Shown: positions 56,147 to 64,000 of the stretch, piece after piece | Layout of the letters: the number at the start of each line of letters is the position of its first letter | Numbering within the stretch: position 1 is the stretch's first letter | DNA from: Williopsis jadinii | Lineage: Eukaryota | DNA length: 64,000 nt | Reading direction: 5' to 3' | Assembly: GCA_024346625.1 (NCBI GenBank) | Contig: AP024665.1 | Location: forward strand, 1,240,001-1,304,000 | Notes under the pieces: model-generated | The model's database searches: none | Told to the model about the DNA's origin: nothing | What the model saw: only the letters and a program-made list of their open reading frames with translations | Made by a program: the position numbers and the translations under genes

Positions 56147-56793
56147 TCACATGTTGAGCATACTATCAATCTCATCAAAGATGTTGTTATCGAATCCGCT
56201 GGTGTAGTCTTCGTTCCCAGCGGTCCCATTGTCCATGTTGACAATGTTGGTGTAGTCCTCGTTCAGCAGTTCGTTGATGTTGTCCTGTAGGTTGCCATCA
56301 AAATCAGTTAGATCACCATCGGGCACCTGTGCTAGGAAGTCGTTGATATCGCTCAGAATGTCGCTATCCTGTATCGACGACACATCGGCCTGTCCCTGCT
56401 GTTGCTGCTGCTGCTGCTGATGCTGCTGTGGTTGCAGCTGTTGAGCTTGCAACTGTTGAGGTTGTGGCACCGCAGCAGCAGCAGCTGCCTTGTCCTCCTT
56501 CAACTTCGCCTGCCAAAGCTGAACGTCGTTAAGTTGCACAAGCAGGCTATCCAAGTTATCGTTCACAGTCTTTATCGACACGTCCAGCTTCTTCGTCAGC
56601 GTCCGTCCACTGCTCGGTAGGATCAGGTTGGCCGTCTTGTCCCTGTACATCTCATCCAGAACGTTGCCCGTCTCCAACAGTAATTCCTTCATCATGGCAC
56701 CACAGTGTTAGTAAACAGCTACAGGCCTCAGCAACAGATGCACACCACACTTACGTTGAACGAGTTCACCAGGTTGTTGATCTGAGTAGCCAT
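56147..56793 (-). CDS. MED2: Mediator tail subunit Med2/TLO-like; intron 56687-56754
   Basis: Spliced MATQINNLVNSFN|ELLLETGNVLDEM...; helical N-terminal domain, polyQ linker, D/N-rich acidic tail; intron GTAAGT..TACTAAC..AAG. Confidence 0.7.
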
Positions 56794-57237
56794 TGTATGT
56801 TTGCACTGGTTCTCCACACACTCGAACCCTGGCCGCTGTGCGCTCTGTAGGAAGCTCTGTAGGGAAGCTCTCTCGGTGTGCTATCTACAACGGTTTACGC
56901 TCACCTACGCAGAGAGCCCAGCAGAGAGCCCAGCAGAGAGCGCGAGCGAGAGAATAAAGGCGTGCTGTGATTTACGCCACTCCCGCCGCCCAGCGTAAAC
57001 ATCGGAACGCCCCGCAGCCGAAACCCTTGTGCTGCTCTCTCGGCCCGGCAGCGTGTTTTCCCACGCCCAAGCAGGCGGAACAAAGAGGCTCACAACAAAG
57101 GGAACGGGTCCCCGAAAGTTTTCCACCGTGTTTACTTTCAGCCCGTGAAGACTCCCAGGGAAGCTGCTCTGCCTACACCACCAGCTGCTCGTGCGCTTTT
57201 ACTCATTACACGTCCGCCAGAAGCGATCTGTGAGAAC

Positions 57238-58437
57238 ATGCTCAAGGCACGGAACATCTTCAAGAGACCGGAGCGCCCTGTTGAGCCGGAGAGCGATACC
57301 GACTCCATCAGCGATGAAGAGATTGATGTTGTGAAGGAGAAGACGAGAAGACCAAAGGAGAACAACTTCACGCAACAGAAGCTGAAGGCGTTCCACCCGA
57401 TCATCACCCCGAAGTACGTGATCCCGATCTTCGTGTGCCTGGCGGTGTTTCTGATCCCGCTTGGTGCTGCCATGCTGTACGGGTCCAACCAGGTTGAGGA
57501 GCTTTTGCTGTACTACAACGACTGCGAGGAGCTGGCGAACTTTGACTACTTCACCGATATGCCGAGTGATAAGTACGAGGCACACTTCCACGACGCTGTC
57601 ACGATAGTGCCTAAGTGGAGGTATGTCGTCAACGAGTCTGAGACCGATACTGCTGAACAGGGAACCTGTGAGCTGCAGTTCCAAATCCCAGACGACATCG
57701 GGCCTGCGGTGTATTACCTGTACAAGGTTGAGAATTTCTATGCAAACCATCGTCGTTATGCCAGATCGTACAGCGAGGACCAGCTGAACGGTGATGCTGC
57801 GTCGTTGAGTACGATCAAGGACACCGTTGGCCAAAACTGTGACCCTCTGAGTCAGAACGACGACGGTGTCAAGTATTATCCATGTGGTCTAATTGCGAAT
57901 GCGATGTTCAACGATACGTTTTCATCGTTATCCGGCGTCAATGACACAACTACGGACTATGAGATGACCACGGAGGGCATCGCGTGGTCCACCAACCACA
58001 ACAGATTCAAGAAAACCAAGTACAACGCATCAGAGGTGGTTCCACCGCCAAACTGGGCCAAGATGTACCCTGACGGATACACAGAGGAGAACATGCCTGA
58101 CATCTCAACATGGCAGGAGTTCCAAAACTGGATGCAAGCTCCGGGACTGCCAACTTTCTCCAAGATGGTGATGCGGAACGACGACGACGTGCTTCCTAGT
58201 GGCACCTACCAGGTCACCGTGGGGATGCACTGGCCCGTGAACGAATTCAACGGTAAGAAGGCCGTCTATCTAACAACAAGATCGGTCATTGGAGGACGTA
58301 ACCCTTTCCTGGGCATCTGCTGGATCGTTGTCGGTGTCATTTGTCTCGTTGTCGGGCTGGGCTTCCTGGTGGTACATTTCCTCTTCCGTAGAAAACTCGG
58401 AGACGTCTGGAAGCTGAGCTGGAACAAAGACCAGTGA
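57238..58437 (+). CDS. LEM3: CDC50/LEM3 family P4-ATPase flippase beta subunit
   Basis: RRPKENNFTQQ, NHRRY..SYSEDQL, YYPCGLIANAMFNDTF, GGRNPFLG; motifs closer to Lem3 than Cdc50. Confidence 0.85.
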   Translation: MLKARNIFKRPERPVEPESDTDSISDEEIDVVKEKTRRPKENNFTQQKLKAFHPIITPKYVIPIFVCLAVFLIPLGAAMLYGSNQVEELLLYYNDCEELANFDYFTDMPSDKYEAHFHDAVTIVPKWRYVVNESETDTAEQGTCELQFQIPDDIGPAVYYLYKVENFYANHRRYARSYSEDQLNGDAASLSTIKDTVGQNCDPLSQNDDGVKYYPCGLIANAMFNDTFSSLSGVNDTTTDYEMTTEGIAWSTNHNRFKKTKYNASEVVPPPNWAKMYPDGYTEENMPDISTWQEFQNWMQAPGLPTFSKMVMRNDDDVLPSGTYQVTVGMHWPVNEFNGKKAVYLTTRSVIGGRNPFLGICWIVVGVICLVVGLGFLVVHFLFRRKLGDVWKLSWNKDQ

Positions 58438-58644
58438 GCCTTCCTACAACCCCAATCTCTGTATATTAGAAACAATGTCTACGTAATCAATCCATCGTTA
58501 CAGTTACCCTGGTTACAAGTGTGTATACCTCTGTGCTGAGAGTTACGCGCTGTGGAAATTTTCCAAGCGTAAATATCATCATGCAAATTTTTTCCCTCTA
58601 TCACCGCTCAAAGCCAACAAAGCACACACATTCACACACCAAAG

Positions 58645-58689
58645 ATGGAAGCAACTATTTGGAGAACGAGGGTTAGAAAGGGCCGTTGA
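58645..58689 (+). promoter_or_regulatory. 14-codon upstream ORF of SUP45 ending CGT-TGA-C
   Basis: aaagATGg...[24 protein letters not shown]; main ORF is in its +1 frame. Confidence 0.7.
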
Positions 58690-58705
58690 CGATTTAGAAA
58701 CCAAG

Positions 58706-60019
58706 ATGGATCAGCAACTTCAGGACGAGGCACAGAAGAACATTGAGATCTGGAAGATCAAGAAGCTTATCAAGTCTCTTGAGCAGGCCAGAGGTAATGG
58801 TACCTCTATGATTTCGCTCATCATTCCACCAAAGTCCCAGATTTCCTTCTACACCAAGATGTTGACGGATGAGTACGGTACTGCGTCGAACATCAAGTCG
58901 CGTGTCAACAGACTGTCGGTGCTTTCGGCGATCACGTCGACTCAGCAGAAGCTGAAGCTGTACACAAAGGTGCCACCAAACGGGTTGGTGATTTACTGTG
59001 GTGATATCATCACGGACGAAGGTAAGGAGAAGAAGCTGAACATTGATTTCGAGCCTTTCAAGCCAATCAACACGAAGCTGTACCTGTGTGATAACAAGTT
59101 CCACACCGAGGCGCTCTCTGAGCTGCTGGAGGCTGATGACAACTACGGTTTCATCATCATGGATGGTTCCGGTTCTCTGTTTGGTTTGCTATCTGGTAAC
59201 ACCCGTACCGTCATCACCAAGTTCACTGTTGACCTTCCAAAGAAGCACGGCCGTGGTGGTCAATCTGCTGTGCGTTTCGCAAGACTGAGAGAGGAGAAGA
59301 GACACAACTATGTTAGAAAGGTTGCTGAGGTTGCCGTTCAATGTTTCATCACCAATGATAAGGTCAACGTTAACGGTCTTGTCCTTGCTGGTTCTGCTGA
59401 CTTCAAGACCGACTTGGCCAAGTCTGACCTGTTTGACTTGAGATTGCAACAGAAGATTGTCAAGATTGTGGATATCTCGTACGGTGGTGAAAACGGGTTC
59501 AACCAAGCCATTGAGCTGTCTGCTGAGGCATTGGCCAACGTCAAGTTCATCCAGGAGAAGAAGCTTATCACACAGTTCTTTGACGAGATCTCACAGGACA
59601 CCGGCAAGTTCTGTTATGGTGTCAGCGATACGTTGAAGGCCTTGGAGGCTGGTTCGTGTGAAATCGTCATTGTCTACGAAAACTTGGACATCATCCGTTA
59701 CGTCTACAAGGACTCACAAGACCGTGATATTGTCGTCAATGTTGCGCCAGATAACAAGGACAAGAGCGTATCACTGGACAAAGACACCGGTGAACAGATG
59801 GAGCTCGTCTCTGAGCAGCCACTCTTGGAATGGTTGGCTGAGAACTACAAGAACTTTGGTGCTACTTTAGAATTTGTCACTGATAGATCCTCTGAAGGTG
59901 CCCAATTCGTCACTGGTTTCGGTGGTATCGGTGCCATCTTGCGTTACCAATTGAACTTTGAGCAGTTGGCTGATGAATCTGACGATGAGTACTTTGACGA
60001 CGATGACGACTTCATCTGA
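58706..60019 (+). CDS. SUP45: Eukaryotic release factor 1
   Basis: GTSMISL, TASNIKS, YLCDNKF, GRGGQS, GFGGIG. Confidence 0.98.
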   Translation: MDQQLQDEAQKNIEIWKIKKLIKSLEQARGNGTSMISLIIPPKSQISFYTKMLTDEYGTASNIKSRVNRLSVLSAITSTQQKLKLYTKVPPNGLVIYCGDIITDEGKEKKLNIDFEPFKPINTKLYLCDNKFHTEALSELLEADDNYGFIIMDGSGSLFGLLSGNTRTVITKFTVDLPKKHGRGGQSAVRFARLREEKRHNYVRKVAEVAVQCFITNDKVNVNGLVLAGSADFKTDLAKSDLFDLRLQQKIVKIVDISYGGENGFNQAIELSAEALANVKFIQEKKLITQFFDEISQDTGKFCYGVSDTLKALEAGSCEIVIVYENLDIIRYVYKDSQDRDIVVNVAPDNKDKSVSLDKDTGEQMELVSEQPLLEWLAENYKNFGATLEFVTDRSSEGAQFVTGFGGIGAILRYQLNFEQLADESDDEYFDDDDDFI

Positions 60020-60196
60020 ACTTGCACTAGATCAACTAGTACCACACATGAACTGCAACGAGGAGGAAGGAAAGAGAGAGAGAGGGCTCAGCTTAACACC
60101 AGAAAGATCGAATAAAACAACATGTACATTACAAACGTTTGAATCAAGCATTACTCAGATAACAGTGTAGTTTCTCTATATATGAACTCGACTAAC

Positions 60197-61687
60197 TCAA
60201 ACCAAATCTTCATCCAAACGAGCAGCTGGGTTGGTCTCGATGAAGTCCAAGGACACCTTATGGCCCAACAGTTCTCTAATGTTACTGACTGCGTACTTGA
60301 TCATAGTTGGACGTTCTAATGAAAGACCCCAACCGAGGACACGCATGTTCTTAGGGAGCCCCATTGGCTCCAACATCTCTGGACGGAACATACCAGAGTT
60401 ACCGATTTCAACCCATTTGCCTAACCCTTGATGCCAGGAGTAAATCTCCATAGAAGGCTCGGTGTATGGGTTATATGTTGGCTTGAATCTGAGATCACGG
60501 ACACCCATCTTGTCGAAGAAGGACTCCATGAATTCAATCAGGTTACCCAGGGTGATGTCGTAGTCTGCGATGACACCTTCGATTTGGTGGAATTCAGCCA
60601 AATGAGTGGCATCGACTGCTTCGTTTCTGAAGACTCTGTCGATGGAGAACAGTCTTGTAGGCTTTGGATCAGCAGCAAGTTTCTTCAACATTGCGGAGGA
60701 AATAGCAGTGGTGTGGGTTCTCAGAACCAACTTCTGGGTCTCTTCTGGCTTCCATGGGTATCTGTAACCGATGGATCCGTAAAGACCTTGCTCGTGCACC
60801 TTTTTGGTGTTTTCCAGGTACTCCTTGTCCTCTGGTAGCCCACCAACTAATGGGTCCTTCAAGTAGAAAGTATCTTGCAAATCTCTAGCAGGGTGCTGCT
60901 GAGGGACGAACAAGGTGTCAAAGTTCCAGAAGCCGGTGTCGACGTACTGGTTAGAAGGCATCTCTGTGAAGCCCATGGAGAAGAAGATCTGTCTGAACTC
61001 CTCACGCACTTTGTTCAAAGGATGGAGGGCACCGGCTGGAGGAGCAACACCTTCAGAGGCAAAGTTGTATGGCTTGAACTTGGCGTTCTCCCAAGAACCC
61101 GTGATCACCATGTCAGACGTGATGTCGGTCTCCAGCTGCTCAATTGTCGTTGAGAACTCAGAGCCCTTCTCCACGGAGAAGGACAGAATCTTGGTCAATG
61201 TGATGAGCTTACGCTTCTTCAACTCTTGGATCTTCTTAGCGTCCGACAGCGTGCCCTTCTCTTGAATCTCCTTCAGCTCCTCGGCAGTGGTGTCGTGAGG
61301 CAACTGAGCCTTGTCAACCTTGTCGTTCAGAACCAGCTCATCGCCGTTCTTGGAGATCCATCCGTTCTTGAAGGCTCTGGCCTGGCCCATCTTACCGTTA
61401 GGACCAAGCTGCGAGCCAACCTCGGAGATCTTCAAGTGCTCGAGCTTGAGCACAAGCTCCAGCAGTCTGTACTCGTGGGAGCCATTTTGAACAATGTCCT
61501 TGGCCTCATCCGTGAGGTTCCAGTGCTCCTTCTCAATGCTCTTATACGTAACCTTGTTACGAGAGACTAACGAGTTCAAGGCAGCCTGGACCGTCTGGGA
61601 GTCCAAGCCGGCCAATCTCTCAGCTGTGTTGCCGATCTGTGCTTCCTTATCGAGGATCTCAAGGATCTGTAATTGTAAAGAGGACAT
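60197..61687 (-). CDS. FRS2: Cytoplasmic phenylalanyl-tRNA synthetase alpha subunit
   Basis: GALHPLNKVR, FWNFDTLFVPQQHPARDLQDTF, RTHTTA, FRNEAVDATHLAEFHQ, GWGLSLERPTM; first ATG 61687. Confidence 0.96.
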   Translation of the reverse strand: MSSLQLQILEILDKEAQIGNTAERLAGLDSQTVQAALNSLVSRNKVTYKSIEKEHWNLTDEAKDIVQNGSHEYRLLELVLKLEHLKISEVGSQLGPNGKMGQARAFKNGWISKNGDELVLNDKVDKAQLPHDTTAEELKEIQEKGTLSDAKKIQELKKRKLITLTKILSFSVEKGSEFSTTIEQLETDITSDMVITGSWENAKFKPYNFASEGVAPPAGALHPLNKVREEFRQIFFSMGFTEMPSNQYVDTGFWNFDTLFVPQQHPARDLQDTFYLKDPLVGGLPEDKEYLENTKKVHEQGLYGSIGYRYPWKPEETQKLVLRTHTTAISSAMLKKLAADPKPTRLFSIDRVFRNEAVDATHLAEFHQIEGVIADYDITLGNLIEFMESFFDKMGVRDLRFKPTYNPYTEPSMEIYSWHQGLGKWVEIGNSGMFRPEMLEPMGLPKNMRVLGWGLSLERPTMIKYAVSNIRELLGHKVSLDFIETNPAARLDEDLV

Positions 61688-62020
61688 GCTGAAGTAGCCA
61701 ATCAAAGCCAATAACCACTCTCGAGATTTGTCCAGTTGATGATGAGAAGAGTTGTTTGTCCCTTTTGTCTTGACCGCTGGAAAATTTCAACGTCGAAGGA
61801 GAGGAAAAAAAACGGGACAGGACAAAAAAGGTCGGATATCACGTGCACGGTGGTCGGAATTGGCCTCCCTTGCGAAGGGACAAACCACATCAACGTTGTG
61901 TACTCTTTCCGTCAACAGACAACAGCGGGCTGTTTGTTGTGAGTAAGCCGGTTTGGAAAGAGAGCAAGCTGGTGTGTGTGTGTGTGTGGTTGTGCTTCAG
62001 TATTATAACAGTGTGTGAGA

Positions 62021-62863
62021 ATGTCAGGATTAGAGCTGGCGTGTGAATGGGAGAAGTGTGGGTCGCAGCATGAGCCGAGAGCGTTGATGAGACATATCAC
62101 GGAGGTGCACTCGCACCCAGGGGACCTCCAATGTCTGTGGGAAGGGTGTGGGCAGATGGAGGCGAACCACTATGCGCTGATCAACCACATACGGTCGCAC
62201 GTGAAGTACTGTCCATTCACGTGTTTTGTCACGGACTGCGATGAAGAGTTCCCCAACGCGGATCAACTCCAAGTGCACCTGAAGGCCAGGCACGAGGAGC
62301 ACAAGGACAACAAGTTGTCCTGGTTCACCTTCCTGGACCAATTCCGCTATTCGTCGCCACTGTTGAACGCACCTCCTCCGAAGAAGTTCTCCAAGATATC
62401 AGACCGCGAGTTCAACAGGATGCTCAATAGCCGCAAGATTGACTTCTTGAAGATTTCCAACGTCACTGCGGATGACATTGTCAGTGAGCCCTCGAGGAAG
62501 AAGGGCCGTACTGCGAACGCTGAGATCAACGCTGAGCTGAGGGAACAGTACAGAGCCGACAACTCTGCCTTTAAGACGCAGATCATGGAGCAGGCCACAA
62601 GGACGTTCGAAGACGCACAGACACTAGAACCTCTACCACGGGATGAAGAGATTGACAGGTTATCAAGAGAGGAGTTGGTTAATCTATACGCTGACTTGGA
62701 GAGGAAATATTTGTGGTCCTTGGAGGTTCACGAATTGTTAAAAGAACAGTTGGAAGATGTCGAGAGACAGAGAGACACCTTGATAAATGACAAGGAGCTG
62801 TTGTTGGATGCGTCCATAGCACTGGAGATCAAAGGTGATGAATCATTGTATAAACTGGAGTAA
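62021..62863 (+). CDS. Three-finger C2H2 (tandem CWCH2) protein with C-terminal coiled coil, INO80 Iec1-like
   Basis: CEWEKC..H...H, CLWEGC..HIRSH, CFVTDC..HLKARH. Confidence 0.75.
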   Translation: MSGLELACEWEKCGSQHEPRALMRHITEVHSHPGDLQCLWEGCGQMEANHYALINHIRSHVKYCPFTCFVTDCDEEFPNADQLQVHLKARHEEHKDNKLSWFTFLDQFRYSSPLLNAPPPKKFSKISDREFNRMLNSRKIDFLKISNVTADDIVSEPSRKKGRTANAEINAELREQYRADNSAFKTQIMEQATRTFEDAQTLEPLPRDEEIDRLSREELVNLYADLERKYLWSLEVHELLKEQLEDVERQRDTLINDKELLLDASIALEIKGDESLYKLE

Positions 62864-63261
62864 CAAGACATTAAATAACTGTCACGTGATTTGATACCAA
62901 CTCTACGATTATGTAAGCACCGAACGCGCTATGCCTAAAATGCGTTCCCCAGCAACGCGAAAGATAGGCACGTGATCCATATATGTGTCGGTACGGGCAC
63001 GCTAACCATGATCCTGGTATCGCATAGAGAACAATGCTTTCAGAAGGAATAAACACACATTAACTATACATCAACAATCAAACAGTAACGCCATATATAA
63101 CATAACCAGTATTTCAAAACGCACACCCACCGGGTGTTAGGTTCATTCCATCATTTTATTGCAAGCAATGAGCATTCCAAATACCACTGAGTCTGGTTAG
63201 TAACAATGAAGAGTTAAAATAGGTTGAGCTTTTGCTCCTTAATATCATCATCAGAGAGCAA

Positions 63262-64000
63262 ATGAAAACTGACATAGCATCAGATGCGATCCAAAGAATC
63301 GAGATAAATTCTACCCATAAACCCATTGCTGTACCGAGCTCGAAGGCTGTGGATGTAAAACTTTCGAAAACAATTGTTTGTGGAGAACTTGATGGAACTT
63401 TCCAAGGAACACTGAATGGTGTAGTGTTCCAGGGTCAAATTCAAGGCTCTGGTGAGCCCTTGGAGGAAACTGATGGCATCCGAACCTGTAAAGACACGCT
63501 CTCTAAATCCACGAAGAATCTTGGCCTATTGAATATGGCTCTGTCGTTACTTGAAGGCAAGCTTAATGCCTCACTGCTAGAGAACACAACTGCATCAACT
63601 TCATACGCTAAACAAACGAATGAGGAGATGTTGAAACAGGAACTTTTTGAGACAAAAACCATATTGAAAGAGAAAGAGAGAGATATCAAATCCATGGTGA
63701 AAGAGAAAGAGAGAGGGATCAAATCCAAAATGAAAGACAGAGATAAAAAGATCAAAGACCTGGAAGAGAAGATCAAACATATGCAAAATGTGATGCAAAA
63801 TGGCCAACCAGCTTCTTGGCAACCCTCATCTTCAACAAATCAACCAACACATGCAAAGAAAGTGCATATTAGGCCTTCAAATACTCTTCCAAGCATCGAA
63901 AATGACGACGAAAATGATTCAGATCGTGATGAGGATCTATCAAACAGTCCAATATTTGGCCCCTTTTTATCCTCCAATGAGATTGACAATGAACATGATA
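63262..64000 (+). CDS. Unknown coiled-coil protein, 5' part (open to window end)
   Basis: Not in ORF track; 246 codons without a stop from ATG 63262 (MKTDIASDAIQRIE...); 11-aa repeats LKEKERDIKSM / VKEKERGIKSK / MKDRDKKIKDL. Confidence 0.7.
   Translation, partial: MKTDIASDAIQRIEINSTHKPIAVPSSKAVDVKLSKTIVCGELDGTFQGTLNGVVFQGQIQGSGEPLEETDGIRTCKDTLSKSTKNLGLLNMALSLLEGKLNASLLENTTASTSYAKQTNEEMLKQELFETKTILKEKERDIKSMVKEKERGIKSKMKDRDKKIKDLEEKIKHMQNVMQNGQPASWQPSSSTNQPTHAKKVHIRPSNTLPSIENDDENDSDRDEDLSNSPIFGPFLSSNEIDNEHD

Noticed and set aside
60017..60115. Stop-codon readthrough extension of eRF1 (31 further sense codons)
   Set aside because: Stop context is TGA-A, not a leaky one, and no 3' UTR intron is evident

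Overview
Eukaryotic window from a compact budding-yeast (Saccharomycotina) chromosome. It uses the standard genetic code: CTG sits at conserved Leu positions, e.g. eRF1 QKLKLY. Introns are short (52-86 nt) with TACTAAC/GCTAAC branch points. I can support about 32 protein-coding genes. In order: a KRE2/KTR-family fragment, MEF2, GCN3, a HAD phosphatase, APS1, RPC37, SAT4, ADY2, NudE-like, an ABC1 kinase, SCM3, FIG4, RRP40, APC11, a Zn2Cys6 factor, SYM1, a copper amine oxidase, SCAP, RVS161, FAD3, a second Zn2Cys6 factor, MAK5, BMT2, RPT2, PTC1, MED2, LEM3, SUP45, FRS2, a C2H2 protein and an unknown partial ORF. There are also 4 tRNA genes, two pseudogenes not visible as intact ORFs (a FEN2-like permease and a decayed tandem copy of a Zn2Cys6 gene), a candidate tRNA-targeted solo LTR, and many short promoter tandem repeats. 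The most striking observation is in the eRF1 gene (SUP45). Its first AUG opens a 14-codon frame ending CGT-TGA-C, and a +1 shift at that UGA enters the eRF1 frame. This is the architecture of bacterial prfB/RF2 autoregulation and of antizyme, and it is a hypothesis that needs testing. All gene identities come from recognising motifs by eye; no database searches were run.
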